Source of the DNA: Octopus sinensis
Taxonomy: Eukaryota
Direction: 5' to 3'
NCBI RefSeq assembly: GCF_006345805.1
Contig: NC_042998.1
Coordinates: 93,992,001 to 94,056,000 of the forward strand
DNA length: 64,000 bases
Below are positions 37,298 to 52,779 of the stretch, in pieces; position 1 is the stretch's first letter; each line of letters opens with the position of its first letter. The position numbers were made by a program, and so were the translations under genes. The notes under the pieces are model-generated. The model ran no database searches and was not told the DNA's origin. It was given only the letters and a program-made list of their open reading frames with translations.

Positions 37298-37559
37298 GGA
37301 GAAAAGAATTGCATTCCTATGCAAGAAAGAACATCGGGGAGCTGGTTTAGGTGGGGTTAAAAATGTGCCTTAGTGTTAAAAAAATTGCAATTTTAAAATT
37401 TTGTAGCAAATTTATCAAAATACCAAACTGGTTTCAACAATTTTTTTGTCTACCAATAGTAAATAAGAGAAAATGTCTAGGGGAGCAGAAAAACATGCTT
37501 AAAAATCATATACATGCTCGAATGGTGCTTTTTACATGCCACCAGTACAGAAGCCAGTC

Positions 37560-37900
37560 AGAGGCCCTGGCAATGGTCATGCTTGTTCTTTGGAAGCCTA
37601 GTACTTATTCTATTGGTCTCTTTTGCCAAACTGCTAAGTTACAGGTATGTAAACACACCAGCATCGGTTGTCAAATGATGTTGGGGGGACAAACAGACAC
37701 ATAATCATATACACAAACATACATATACATATATGTGACGGGCTTCTTTCAGTTTCCATCTACCAAATCCACTCACAAGGCTTTGGTCGGCCCGATGCTA
37801 TAGTAGAAGACACTTGCCCAAGGTGCCATGCAGTGGGACTGAACCCTGAACCATGTGGTTGGTAAGCAACCTACTTACCACACAGCCACTCCTGCACTTA
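37560..37900 (-). mobile_element. tRNA-derived SINE (GGCGCAGGAGTGG family)
   Basis: Reverse complement of the head (CACACAGCCACTCCTGCAC) and body. Confidence 0.75.
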
Positions 37901-38412
37901 TGTAGGTATATTTTATAAAACAAGGTCTAGCTTACGAGTTATTGTAATGTCCAGAACACCACTCCATTTCAGTACAAAGAATATGCAATTAGTTTCACTG
38001 CAACAACAGCTGCACAAAGCAACTGACCAATATTATCGGCTATGCTATTATGGTTAAGAATACTACTAACCATTTTCTACAGAAAAGCCATAAATATCTT
38101 CAGCAGCTTTCTCAGTGTGCTAGTTTAATTCAGAATAGTTTGGTTGACAATGTATTAAGCAACGAATGTTTTAGACACAGCTAGCTACTGCTTGTCTTAA
38201 CATTTCATTGGTGTTTCTCTAGAAATAGTTGCTGCAACTGATCTGCCAAGGGATTTGTACTGTTGTTCTGCTCAAAAGACCTCCAACAATCTGATCAGTT
38301 CATCTCATCCAATCATTGTCAATTAACTTTTGTAGTTACATCCTGTTTGTCTGCTATCAAGTTTGAAGATAGAGAAGTCAGTGTGAAAATGGTATGGATG
38401 TGTGTAAGCATG

Positions 38413-38450
<38 letters not shown>

Positions 38451-38454
38451 TGTG

Positions 38455-38660
38455 TGAGCATTTGCTTGTATGAGTATATATGTAGATTGGTGTTTGCTTG
38501 TGTGTGTATGTGAGCATTTGCTTGTATGAGTATATACGTAGATTGGTGTTTGCTTGTATGTGTATATGTGTAGATTGGTGTTTGCTTGTGTGTGTGTGTG
38601 AGCATTTGCTTGTATGAGTATATGTGTAGATTGGTGATTGCTTGTGTGTGTGTGTATGTG
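38455..38660. repeat. Minisatellite, ~58-bp unit (TGAGCATTTGCTTGTATGAGTATAT..GTAGATTGGTGTTTGCTTG) x~3.5
   Basis: Direct reading; embedded in (TG)n. Confidence 0.85.
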
Positions 38661-39126
38661 TGTGTGTATGTGTGTGTGTGTGTGCGTGTGTGTGTGTAAA
38701 AGATTGTACATGGGTCAAAGAACGGTGTAAATAACAGTATAGCTGTATGAAGTATGTGAATGTAAATTTGACTCTGTGTGTATATATTGTACACTCATAC
38801 GTACATACACATACACTCACACAAGCACACACACACACACATACACATACACTCACTGATATGTATGATTGTAGTATTACATATGCATCTTTGAAATTCT
38901 ATGTAATGATATGCTGGTTGTTATATGTGTGTGACTACATGAGGATGATTCTGTTTGTGTATGACATCATGTATTTATATACATACATACATACATGTGT
39001 GTGTATGTTACAGTGTGTGCAACTGATTGGGAAGGTACATATGTGAATGAAAGTGTGTGCATTTGAGAATGTAGAGTTGAGACAAATATACACATTGACA
39101 TACACACATACACACACTCGCTCTCA

Positions 39127-39157
<31 letters not shown>

Positions 39158-39264
39158 CCTCTCGTTCTCCTTCTCCCTCTCATTCTCGTTCTCCCTTCTC
39201 TCTCTTGTTGCAAAGTATTTCTGTGTATAAATAACTGACACAGAAATTGCGTATGTGCATGAGT

Positions 39265-39425
39265 GTATGCATGCATAGAATCTTCAGTATGTATCACTTA
39301 TATATATATATATATATTATGTATGTATGTATGTATGGTATGTATGTATTATGTATGTATGTATGTATGTGGTGTGTATATATATATATATAATATATAT
39401 ATATATATATACATGCATACATATA

Positions 39426-39479
<54 letters not shown>

Positions 39480-39550
39480 TTATATATACATATATATATG
39501 TATATATATATGTATGTATATATATATACATATATAGATATGTATGCATG

Positions 39551-39584
<34 letters not shown>

Positions 39585-39599
39585 TATTATTATATATAT

Positions 39600-39639
<40 letters not shown>

Positions 39640-39812
39640 CACATACATATATCATAATATATATATATATATACATACAAACATATATATATATGTATAA
39701 TATATATATATACATACATATATGTATATTATATATATATCAAATACATATATATATATACATATATATATGTATATATACATATGTACATATTATATAT
39801 ATATACATCTCA

Positions 39813-39849
<37 letters not shown>

Positions 39850-39870
39850 GTATATATATGTATGTATATA

Positions 39871-39927
<57 letters not shown>

Positions 39928-40539
39928 ATATATATACGTATATATATATATATATATATATATATCTCATCATTGTAATCAGCATCAGCATCAACAGCAG
40001 CAGCAGCATCGTTTAACATCTGTGCAGTTGTATATAATTGTGTATATGCCCAACTTACATGTAAATATACAATTATGCACATTCTTCATCTAACTATGGT
40101 GGCACTATACATTGTATGTGTATACGTAACACACAGCATAAGCTAACACTATGTCTACATGTGCTCTGTGTGTGTATATGTGAATGTGTGTGTGAATATG
40201 TGTGTGTGTGTGTGTCTGTGTGTTTTGTAACATGTGGTGGGTTACATTTACAGTGATATGAGCATATACAAACATATGTATGAGTATGCACACAAGCATA
40301 TATACACACATATATGCACACGCATAACCACGCACATACATTCACAAACACACACACATGCACACGTGCACACACACACACACACGCGTGCACACATACA
40401 TTCAAGCTAACAGAATCACAAACAAATTCTAAGAGATTATTCACACAACTATGTATATGTGTATATATGAATATAAGACTGAAAATGTGTGTGTGTGTGT
40501 TTACATGAATACATTTGTGTGTGTATTTATGTGTGGGTA

Positions 40540-40585
<46 letters not shown>

Positions 40586-41060
40586 GTATCTGTTGCTGTG
40601 TATCTGAACACTGCTGTAGTGTATGTACGAATATAAGACTGAAATGTATGTGTATGTGTGTGTGATAATAAGTTTGTATAGGTGTATGTGTGTGTCTGTG
40701 TGTGTGTGCATATGTTTGTATATGTGTATGTATGTGTGCATGTGTTTGTGTGTATATGTTTGTGTGTGTATGTTTGTGTGTGTATGTGTTTGTATGTGTG
40801 TTTGTGTGTATACGTTTGTGTGTGTATGCGTGTGTACGTGCATGTATCTCTGTGTGCATGTGCACTTGCATGTGTGTGTTTGTATGTGTGTGTGTATATG
40901 TGTGTATGTATGTATGTGTATATGTGCGTATGTATGTGTGTGTATGAGTGTATTTGTATGTGTGTTTCTGTGTGTGTCTGTGTTTGTTCGCATGTGTGCA
41001 TGTGTGCGTGTGTGTGTGTGTGTGTGTGTGCTTGCATGTGTGTGTGTTTGTATGTGCTGT
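39265..41060. repeat. ~1.8-kb compound microsatellite field: (TA)n then (CA/TG)n
   Basis: Direct reading; generates the many IY/HT/CV ORFs. Confidence 0.95.
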
Positions 41061-41363
41061 GTATTTGCAGCTGAACACTGCTGTAGATGAAGTATACGTT
41101 CGTATTCGTGATGTGCAACTGCTTTGCTTCCAATGTTAATGTGATGGGTTTTGGGTTTTTTTTTTCCTTTTCCTTCTCCTTCTTCACCAAGAGAATATAA
41201 TCAATAAATTTGTCCTCGTTCACCAAGCCTGTCAGTTTTATTTAGTTCTTCTTCCTCTACTTCTCCTTCACCTCCTCCTTCTCCTCCCTCCACCTTTAAC
41301 CTCCTTCTTTCTCTTTCTCATTATTTCCTTCTTTTGTTTTCTTCTTCTTCTCCTCCTTGTTGT

Positions 41364-41403
<40 letters not shown>

Positions 41404-41884
41404 GTCATTATTGTCATCATCACCATCACCACCACCACTATCATCATCATCATCATCATCATCATCATTAACATTTCGTCTCCTTTCTCAGTCTCTCCTT
41501 CCTTCTTTCTTCTTCAGTTCTCCCCCACACCAGCACCAGCACCACCACCACCACCTCATGCACTTCAAACAGGTACTTGGTAAGGTTGTTATTTGATTAG
41601 CAAAGCTGAGAAGAAGAGAAAAGGATGATGAAGAGGAGAGAAAAAGGAAAGCTGAAATAGGAAGAGGACAATGAGAGATGTCATTCATTGAATGAAAGAA
41701 ATGAATGGAGAAGGAATGAAGAAGGAGTTTTGTGGCGAGAAAATGTGGGAATAAGGAAAAGAGGTAGGTATAGAAAACGAAAATATGGATAAAGTTTCAT
41801 AGAGAAGGTAAAAAAAAGGTGAGGGGAAGAAATTTAGACAAAGGAGAATTGAGAATAGAGAAACTTGGGGAGAAGTACACTATG

Positions 41885-41887
41885 GAC

Positions 41888-41958
<71 letters not shown>

Positions 41959-42033
41959 GAGGAAGAGAGAGAAAGAGAGAAAGACTGAGATAGGCAGAAA
42001 GACAGAGAGAGACAAACACACACACACACACAC

Positions 42034-42073
<40 letters not shown>

Positions 42074-42370
42074 GATAAATAGATAGACAGACAGAGAGAC
42101 AGATAAATAGATATATACATATATACACACATACATACCTACATATATATATATACATACATACATATACATACATACAAATATACACATACATACATAC
42201 ATACATACATACATACGTACGTACGTATGTATGTATGTATGTATGTATGTATGTATGTATGAATGAATGTATGTATATATATCATCATCAACATATATAT
42301 GTATATCGATAGATAGACAGAAAAACAGATAAATACATACATGCATGCATACATACATACATACATATGT
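41885..42370. repeat. (GATA)n, (GA)n, (TA)n and (TACA)n arrays
   Basis: Direct reading. Confidence 0.95.
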
Positions 42371-43549
42371 GGAAAAAAATATAAAGTTGGTACATGTGGG
42401 CAACAAAAATATAGACAAAGATTTGTGTGAACAGAGATGAAAAAGGAATATGTTAACAGAGAGAGAAAGCGTGAGAGATAGAGAGAGAGGGTAGAGAGTG
42501 AAGCAATGAGAGAGAAAGGAAGGGAAGGAAGTTATGACAAATAAAGAATCAAGAAAAAGTGCAAAAGAAAAGACGAACCAAATATAATTAGAAATAATGA
42601 AGACATTAGATAGAAACATCCAGAAGTTCAAGAATTATGGCTCTTGTTATACTTCTTAACAGAGCAAGGATCTGTCTTCAGTACACTCATAGTATAATAA
42701 TTCTATACTATTTCAATTCAGCAAAAAGATGAATGGGTAAAATTTTACTGTATCTTGGTTTGTGTAGTTGTCCTTGTACAACTGTTCTATCTATTGAGGA
42801 TGCTCGAATTCTGTGTAAGAAGCAGATCAATGCTGAGTTTTTTAACACTATACATCTTTAAAGGGATTTCCCTGAAGCAAAACACTACAGCTTTGTAACA
42901 TTTAACAACACACATACATTAAGTGTAAGATATTCATAATATGGAATTGATGTTTGTTATTTTGCTGTTTTTTTTTTTGGTTTCAAATTTTGACACAAAG
43001 TCGGCAACTTTAGGTGAGTGGGTAAGTTGATTACTTCGAACCCAGTACTCAGCTGGTACTTATTCTATCAACCCTATGAGGATGAATAGTAAAGTTTACA
43101 TCAGTGGAATTTGAACTCAGAACATAAAGAAACTAAAAATGGCACTAAACATTTTGCCTGGTTTACTCTTTTACTCTGTTACTTGTTTCAATCATTTGAC
43201 TGTAGCCATGCTGGAGCACTGTCTTTGTTATTTGTTCTTTGTAAGCCTAGTACTTATTCTATCAGTCTCTTTTGCCAAACCACTAAGTTACGGGGATGTA
43301 AACACACCAACATCTGTTGTCAAGCAATGGTGGGGGTACAAACACAGACACATACGAATATATTCAAAACAGGGGTCTGAATCGAAAACCATGCAGATGA
43401 AAAGCGATTTTTCTTAATCACACAGCCATGCCAGCCTGATACCATTTTCCACCAATGTGAGTTTTTCCTGTAAATTCCAGCTGAAGGCACAACTTTGCTA
43501 ACAACAAATCAATGAGAGAAGGGAGAGTAAGAGAGAGAAAGAAAGTTAA

Positions 43550-43580
<31 letters not shown>

Positions 43581-44019
43581 TGTATGTATGTATGTATGTA
43601 TGTGTGTGGTGTGTGTGTGTGTGTGTGTGTGTGCATGTGTGTGTACACACACATATATATACAGATAGATAAAGATAGTGAGAGAAAGAGAATGAGAGAG
43701 TGAGAGGGAGAGAGAAAGAGTGACAGAGAGGGAGAGAGAGAGGGGGGGAGATAGCTCCTATCTAGTTCTGAAACTTCTAGAAACAACACTGAAACCTTCC
43801 TCAAATCACATCATCATCATCATCATTTAACTAGTCTAGAACATTTACCCCCCCCCCCCCCATGGACAATAACCCCTACCCAAGGACAATTACCTCTGAA
43901 GACAACAGATAACAATTTAAAATTTCTTAATGTATTGAAGAAGGGATAATTAACCGGGGGGGGGGGTTAATTAACCAAAGGAGGGGGTGTAATTGTCCTC
44001 GGTGGGGGTAATTGCCCTG

Positions 44020-44520
44020 ATACACATTCAACATCTGTTTTCCATGCTGGCATGGGCTGGACGGTTTGACAGGAGCTGTTGAGGCCAGGAGCTACACCAG
44101 GGTCCATTTTTTGTTCTGGCATGGTTTCTATGGCTGGATGCTCTTCCTAACTCCAGTCACTCTACAGACTGCATTGGGTACCTTTTATATGACACCAGTA
44201 CCAATGCTTTCATTGTAGCACAAGCATCATCATCATCATCATCATTTAACGTCCCTTTTCCATGCTGGCATGGGTTGGAAAGTTTGGGGTCTGGCAAGCC
44301 AGGAGGCTGCATTAGGCTCCAATCTGATCTGGCAATGTTTCTACAGCTGGATGCTCATCCTAATGCCAACCACTCCAAGAGTGTAGTGGGTGATTTTTAC
44401 ATGCCACCAGCAAAGGAGCCAGATGGCACAAAGGGGGATGGCATTGACCACATTTGGATGGTGTTTTTTATGTGTCACTGGCACAGGAGCCAGTCAGGTG
44501 GCACTATGTGACGCCAGCAC
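44020..44520 (-). mobile_element. Two RTE-tailed SINE ends
   Basis: TTTTCCATGCTGGCATGGG motif at ~44040 and ~44258, the latter preceded by (CAT)n. Confidence 0.7.
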
Positions 44521-46521
44521 CATACTACTATATTTAAAAAGAATGGATATTTGGACAACCCAGTCTTAGATATAGAAAAGGCCTAGAGGATCAAGACTGG
44601 TGTATCTTTGATAACAGTTCCATTCAATTAGGAATGACAACAGCAACAACTTTCCAGTATACATGTTACAGGGTTCTTTTAATGGCAGTCATATTTACCC
44701 TTGATGTTAGAATTAATCCATAACCATTATCATTCATCAGCCTGAAAAATCTACATCTATTTATATCATGTATTCTGTTGCAGCTGTTACTTCAAATTGA
44801 AAACTTATTTAGGTGTTATCTCTCTTAGTGACAAACAACTTTAGCACCATACAGCAAGCAAAATATGAGGAAAAAATTGAAACCTCCTCCTCCCTTCTCT
44901 TCCTCCTCTTCTCTACCTCCTCTCCCTCATCATCATCATCATCATCATCCTGCTCCTCCACCTCTTCCTCCTCTGCCTCCTCCTCCAGTTGTTGCTGTTG
45001 CTGCCCCTTCCTCCTCCTCATCATCATCCTGCACCTGCTGCTGCTCCCCCTCCTCTTCATCATCATCATCCTACTCCCGCTGCTGCTGCTCCACTTCCTC
45101 CTTCTCCTCCTCCTCATCATCATCATTTCAATGTCCACTTTTCCATGCTTGCATGGGTCAGACAAGATTGGTTGAGGTAGATTTTCTACGGCTGGATCTC
45201 TTTCCTGTCACCAACCCTCACCTTTTTTCTAATCAAGAGTAATATTTCCTATAGCCAAACATCTTATCATTGGAAGACAGGAAATGAACAATATCACTTG
45301 TACAGTGATGGTACTTGTTTACAACAATTATATAATGTCAAGACAAGGATATACACAAACATACACACACATGTGTTCACATACATACTTGTTCATGCAC
45401 ATGCACACACACATACACACACACACATACACACACACTCTCGCATATGTATGTGATAGGCTTCTTTCAGTTTATGTCTACCAAATCCTCTCACAAGGCT
45501 TTGGTCAGCCTGGGGTTATTGTAGAAGACACTTGCCAGATGTGCTACACAGTGGGACTGAAACTGAGTCATGTAGTTGGGAACCAAGCGTCTTGACCACA
45601 GTCATGCATGCATCTGTATGTGGTTAACGCAAAGCGTCTGCAGTGAGAAGAGAGTAATAAGTTGAATGAGATCTGTTGAATGTGTGCACTGTTAACTTAA
45701 ATGAGTTTCTTAAGCACAAGTAATCTGAAACAGCTGTTAAACATTAAAGGACAATAAGAATATAATACAAAGGTATTATGATGCATGCTGCATTAGAGAA
45801 ATGCCATTAATTGCTACTCCTTGTTGTGTAACCCTGACCAAACTGATATGCAATAAAAAGGATTCCAGATTTAACCCTTTCATCTTGTTGTATATCTGAA
45901 TTACATTGTCTAGTGTCTCCTTCCTCTTTCAAGATGACAAAGTATGATTTGAGAGTAATTTATTGCTATTTCAAGCAGGTCAAATGACCTCAGAGATTTC
46001 CATGTCATAGTGGAAAGTGGTAAATGATGGATGATGAGGATAGCAATGATGTGGCTACTGGACGTCTGCCACTGAAGAGACAGGGCACATCAAAATCACA
46101 TGATCTGACAAGTCTGGCATCAGTAACAAATGATTCTTGTCTACCAGTGATAGAAATACGTGTGTTTTCATGCACCGTGTGTCCATATGAGAGGCTCTCT
46201 CAAGATGAATAATACAGTATTCAGCACATCCCAGTTTCTGAGTGTAGTCATTGGTTGGTTATGAAATCCAACCAATAATAAGCCATAAGCCTGCAAGCAT
46301 CCTTGTACCAAAGGAGTTTTATACAGCTGAAACATCTCTGATATTCCACTGAATCAAAGAGTACTGGGGCTGATGTCTGTGTGTCTAGGTCTGCTCACAA
46401 ATACAGACACACCTAAAACAATTGGTGAAAGCTGAATACATGCTACCCAATCATACTTGCTTGCTATTGACAGTTATATATTTTTTTAACTGGTCTAAAT
46501 AACTGTCTGGGAAGCCATTAA

Positions 46522-46716
46522 CCCTTTCGATACCAACCCTGCTGAAACCACCTCTGGCTCTGTACTACAAATGTTTTGTTTTCAGAAGTTTTGAATATAA
46601 ATCTTAGTCACAATTTATGTTCCTAAGTCTAAGTTATTTTACTAAATTCGTTGTTATATTTAAAATTAATTGAAAGAAACACAGAGCATCTCAAAATAAA
46701 TATGGTATTAAAAGGG
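46522..46716. mobile_element. piggyBac-type MITE (195 bp)
   Basis: TTAA|CCCTTTCGATACC ... GGTATTAAAAGGG|TTAA: TTAA TSD and 11/13 matching CCC-starting TIRs. Confidence 0.75.
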
Positions 46717-49417
46717 TTAATAGTAGAGAACTTTCAAAATATTCTTTCTAATTTTAGTACAAGGCCAGCAATTTTGATGGGAGGTGGAACTCAATTATCT
46801 TATAGATGCTGGAAGGAGAAAAGATGAAGTTAATAAATGGCAGCATTTGAGGACTTTCAAAATATTGGTTTCAAATTTTGGCATGAGGTCACCAAGTTCA
46901 AGAGAGGGAGTAGGTCAATTACATCAACCCCAGTGCTCAATTGGTATTTATTTTATCAACCCTGAATGGATGAAAGATAAAGTCGACCTTGGCAAAATTT
47001 GAACTCAGAATGTAAAGATGGACAAAAAACCACTAAGCATTTTCACCAGCATGCTAACAATTCTGCCAGCTCGCCACCCTAAGTACTTACAAAATATTAA
47101 TAACTGATGGTTATTAGCAAAAGAAGCAATATTAAAACCAAAAGACAATCTTTATATCCAACTTAACATAGATGCATGTGTGTGTGTGTGCATATGTATG
47201 TATGTATATATGTATGCATGTGTGCCGGCTTTTGTGTCTGTGTTTGTGTTTGTCCACCACCACTTGACAACCAAGGTTGGTTTATTTATGCACCTATAAC
47301 TTATTTGCAAAATAAGTTCAGCAAAAGAGACCCCTAGAATAAATACCAGACTTTAAAAAAAATAAGTTCTGCAGTCAATTTGATCAACTAAACTCTTCAA
47401 GGCAGTTCTCCAGTATGGCCACAGTCTCATGACTGAAACAAGTAAAAGAAAAATGATTGAATATTGATTATACTGCACAATATATCCATTTTTGATTACT
47501 CAATTTTGTCTCAATTTTCCAGTTTGGGGTGGAGTAGAGCTGATAATTTCGATATTTGCATGAGTTGTTGAAGCATGTATTAATTCAGCAATGTCCTTCA
47601 TAATATTAAGCGTCCAACCATGAAATAGAAGTTTTATCTATTATCAGCAAGCTTGACTAGAGCAAATAGTGTAATATACCTTTGTGCCAATATTCCAGCA
47701 CCTGAAACCATCAGCCTTCATGTCTCCTCACCCCCACTCTATATATTATCTAATGTCAGTTGTATCAGAGTTCTTCAAGGTCCATTGGTGGAAACAGTTG
47801 CTTAGTTTACAGAAGTGTGTTTGAATATTAATTATAATATGAGGGTATCAATACTGATTTGTAATCTGGTTATTTCATCAGATGACAATAGCTCTGTCTA
47901 ATAGTAATAAGAACTTTTTTGTTTTATCTATGCACAAGGACAATTTTATTTTATTTTAATTTTTCAGTAATGAAAGAAGCAATATCAATTAAACAAAGTG
48001 TGATATATCGTTAATACCTATACTATAACTATTTGGCTTTATTTACTTCAAGTGGCCTTATTTATTTCAAGAAAAACTAAATTACATACAATGAAGTGAT
48101 AATATACACAGATGTCTAAGGCAGCAAGCTGGCAGAAATGTTAGCATGTTAGGTGAAATGCTTAGGGGTATTTCATCTGTCTTTATGTTCTGAGTTCAAA
48201 TTCCGCCAAGGTTGACTTTGTCTTTCATCCTTTCGAGGTTGATAAATTAAGTACCAGTTGCATACAGGGGTCAATATAATCAACTGGCCCCCTCCCCAAA
48301 AATGTTACTTATTTATATTTTATTCACCTAACTTGGAATCTGCACTTTGGAAATACTATAGAAAGTACCTTTATAAAAGTACATGTCTGAGTTACCAAAA
48401 GTGGATATCTTCACTTAGCTGGGTTGAATTGTCAGCACACATGGCAGGAATATCAGGTACAAACACCCCTGCACAGAATCTTGATATTTAATATTCAGTT
48501 AATATTGTTTGGGTGTATAGATTATATGTGCTTGTATGTGTATGTGTGTATAGTATATAATGAAGGGTAAAATCATTCATGATTTCATCAGGAGGTCAGC
48601 CACAAAAATAAAACTTTATAGGTAAATTTTCCAAATATTATATAAAAATTATATACATGATTATAACAAGGGATTGGTAATATGCCTCACTATGCACTGA
48701 AAATAGACACCAAATAGCACTAAAATCACCTTAAAAACTCCAAAAACACAGGTTGTAGTCGAGCAAAAGAAAGATAAGAAATTAACCTTTTGGTTAATTG
48801 CATATAAGATCTCATTTCAAGCAAAAGGTAAAAAATATACCTACTGCTATCATCAGCATCAATACTCCGTTGTTTTAGCACCATTGGCAATACCATTCAA
48901 TTTAGTTATGTCAACAGCACTAAAATAAGTGTTGTTTGGAAACAAACAAACCAAAGAAACCACAACTTTCAAACACATTTACCCTATGTACAACCATATC
49001 AATAAATAAATTCAATAGGTAAATTACAACCACTCCTAAATATGTAACTAAATAGTGACAAATTTATTGAGTCATACAGAAATTATAATCCCTACCATCT
49101 TTCATAGTATAATATAAAAGTAAAAGCTTAATAGCCACATTATTTCAATCAATCAATATATAGGCAAGATTATACAGTCACTGTAATAAAGCTACAACAA
49201 AGAAGCATATAAGCCAATGTACATTGTATCAGTATTAATAGTAAACTGCAATAACTAAATTATATGCCAAATTGCAACCAATCTTTAAGTCCATACAAAT
49301 AATAATCCCACCAGTCTTCCATAGATACTACTATAATGACAGATAAGGCTTTATATAAATTTCTCCAAAACAAAACAAACACGATTGAAATTAATTTAAC
49401 TAATATTTTTATGAGTG

Positions 49418-49716
49418 GAGGCATGTGGCCTAGTGGTTAGAGCAGTGGACTCGCGGTCGAGGGATCACGGTTTCGAATCTCAGACCGGGTGATGTGTGTG
49501 ATTATGAGCAAAACACCTAAGCACCATGCAGCTCTGGCAGAAGATAATGGCGAACTTTTGCTGACTCTTTCACCACAACTTTCTCTCACTCTTTCCTCCT
49601 GCATCTTGCAGCTCACCTGCGACGGACCAGCGTCCTGTCTAGATGGGGAACCTATACACCAAGGAAACAAGGAAAATGACTCTTATGAGCCAGGCATGGC
49701 TTGAGAAGGGACAAAC
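49418..49716 (+). mobile_element. tRNA-derived SINE with intact 16-bp TSD
   Basis: TSD AATATTTTTATGAGTG at 49402-49417 and 49717-49732. The head resembles 6643, but the 3' part differs (CTGCGACGGACCAGCGTCCTGTC..GGCATGGCTTGAGAAGG). Confidence 0.85.
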
Positions 49717-50116
49717 AATATTTTTATGAGTGAAATACATTATTTCATCATTCAAAAGTTAATAATAAGACACTACATATTCATTAATATATCACCACTA
49801 CAAGCTATAATATTAAATTACTAGTAACTAGTGTAAACATTAAATTTCATTAAATAGGAACAAATAAAAGTACTTGTAATTAACTATTAATATAAGCCTT
49901 GCTATGTTTAAAGCTAATTAAAACTGTTTAAAAAATAATAAAACTACAACACTTACATGTTTAATCAGACAAGCAGTTCCATCACCAAGAATTTAAAGGG
50001 CCTGCTAAATATTGATGACATACTGTGTAATTACTACTTCTTCAATTATCTGAATATTGGTCATGTAGTAAGCAAATAACTCAAATCATAATCCTTCAAA
50101 TCCTTACAAATATTTA

Positions 50117-51386
50117 CGAGGGGCGTTCAATAAGTAATGCCCCTGACCCACTTCCCATAGCAGTAGAGCAACGACACTTGGCACAGTTATTAGTCTTTTC
50201 CTACATAGGAACTAACCAGAGTTATGCATTTCTCCCATCGTTTGATACAGCTCTGGAGACCGTTTTTGTAGAAGACCCCAGCTTGGTCCTCCAACCACGA
50301 CGTGACTTCAGAAATCAAGGCTGCATCATCTGGGAAACGCTTTCCTTTCAAAAACAACTTCATGGCTGGGAAGAGGTGAAAATCAGAGGGTGCAAGGGGA
50401 GGAGTTCATAGCTGCACGCCTGTGCTTCTGATCTGGCGACACGCGAGTTGTGGACCGGAGCGTTGTCCTGCAGGAGGAGGAGGCCTTTGCTGATCTTGCC
50501 CCGCCTCTTGATTTTGATAGCTTCTCTTAATTTCCTCAAAAGTGAAGCATAATAGGCTCCTGTAATTGTGGTACCCTTTGCCAGGAAATCTGTCATCATT
50601 ACTCCGTCCTGGTCCCAGAAGACTGTGGGCATAACCTTGTCAGCGGAGGGCTGCACCCTTGCCCTCTTTGGAGGAGGTGAGTCACGGTGCTTTCACTGCA
50701 TTGACTGGGCTTTGGTCTATGGATCATAGTGATGGACCCAGGTTTTATCCTGTGTGATCAGTCTTTTGAAAAATTTTGACTCATCTTCTTGGCACATCTC
50801 CAAATTCATCCTCGAGCACTCAACACGTTCTTGCTTCTGGAAAGGTGTGAGCAACCTGGAAATCCATCTGGCAGATACCTTTTGCATATGCAAATGGTCA
50901 TGAATGATAGTTTCCACAGACCCGGTACTAATCTTGACCTTATGGGCTATTTGGCGAATAGTTATGCGTTAACCTTCCAAAATGGCAGCCTCAACTTGAT
51001 GGACAGACGTCTCATCAACGGCAGAAGGGGGCGACCAGATCTGGGAGCTGTTTCCACAGAGTTCTGACTATGTTTGAATTCACAATGCCAGCGTTTTACA
51101 AGGTCATATGATGGGGCATCATCACCATAAGTTACTTTCATTTCATCAAAAGTCTCCCGTGGTGTGCGTCCTTTCAAATACAAAAACCAGATCACTACTC
51201 GACACTCAACAGGTTCCATTTCACACTTGACTCAGTTGAAACACCTGTAAATCAGAAACCACAATTAGTTCAGAGCTGTAATGCGCCACTTAATCTATAG
51301 AGGTATAAATAAGTGCACATGCAAAATTTCAGCTAGATCAAACAACTGCAAGTGGGTCAGGGGCATTACTTATTGAACGTCCCTCG
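50117..51386 (-). mobile_element. Full-length (1270 bp) defective mariner, copy 2
   Basis: Inverted near-identical copy of 16998-18266; same TIRs; perfect TA TSD at 50115-50116 and 51387-51388. Confidence 0.95.
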
Positions 51387-52779
51387 TACTTAGCTGAAGG
51401 CTAGATATTACCTCATATATATTTAAAATTTCAAGTTTCCCACCTAAACAGCAATTAAAAGTTTAAACCAATTTACCATATTTATATCCTTTACATGTAT
51501 ATATATATATATATAATTGAGATTCAGTTGAATTAGGTACTTAAGTTGAAGCACCGAGTCAGTCTGGTATTATCCGTACAGCTCAAAGTAAGGTGAATAA
51601 AATCAAAATAAGCAGCAGGATATCAAGTAGTGATGCAGTACGACTGTTTCAAGTGGCTTCATTTAATTGAACAATGCAATCATAACATCAATTTAAATGC
51701 GGTGCCATCTTCAGCTGTACAAATAAATAAATAGAATTTTAACCAGCCGGACACATTAATATAATTTTTCTCAAATATTTTAACAGACCAAGAAGATGAA
51801 AGAAATTCATGTTGTTGCTATTGTAGCTAAGAATAGACTGCACTTCCAAGAATTGCATGAGGCCTATTGGGGTCAGGTTACAGTGTTGTTAAGGATTGTA
51901 ATTCATTTCTAATCCATTTATGTCTTTATCAACTACTAAATCTAAGATTAGAAGACTGTGTCTATTTTGAATAACGGGTAAGAATGAGTTGACAGCTCAT
52001 GGCTAGGTATGGTCATAAATTTTATCATGTGTATCCCTTTTCCTCAGGGAAGAAAGAAGACATTAGGAGAAGTCAATTGAATATAAAGTAACTGTCTATA
52101 AAAAGAGGCTGGGTAGGGGAAGACTTTAAATGATGATGCTAATTACCAATTAAAGTGGCAAGACACTAAAAAACTAAGATGTTGATACAGAGGAAATTTT
52201 ATTTTGGGGCACTGTGGGTGATTGTTTATAAACAATATTGTTATGTTGTATAAAAAAAATAAAATTTAAGATTTTCAAAAATGATATCATAACAAAAATA
52301 GGTAAAATGTGTGTATATATCAATTATACACATTAAAAACGAAAGATTACATAGAATCAGTTTAATATTCATTCATGTACTTAATTAATTACTTATTAAT
52401 TGGTTTCTATAAAGACTGCTCAGGGCATTTACTTATGGAATAACTGGAAAGATAAACATGATAATCTCTATATTAATTTTAAGCCATGAATCAGAAATAC
52501 ACATTTATAAATGTGCACACATACACAAATATTTATACGTTTATATGGAAAAAGTATAACCATCTCGCATAGACTTAAGTAACTGAAAAATATCTATTTA
52601 AAAACAAGAAAAGTAACAATTTATAAGGGATAAAAGGTTAATAGGTAAGGATATCAAAATAAGAAAAAATAATAAGAATTTATAGAAAATAATAAGAAAT
52701 ACACTTAACCTACATTTATATATATATATAATATTAATAATATATATATGTTTCATATATATATATATATTAGTATAAA

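Noticed and set aside
45950-46440. Overlapping 55-67-codon open frames in a unique, more GC-balanced island
   Set aside because: Open frames occur in several phases on both strands with no motif support; compatible with chance or an unrecognised old repeat.
49946-49995. Exon-like minus segment QAL*ILGDGTACLIKH with a perfect GTAAGT donor; stop-codon recoding by A-to-I editing was considered
   Set aside because: It would need double editing of UAA, and there is no evidence that the segment is an exon.
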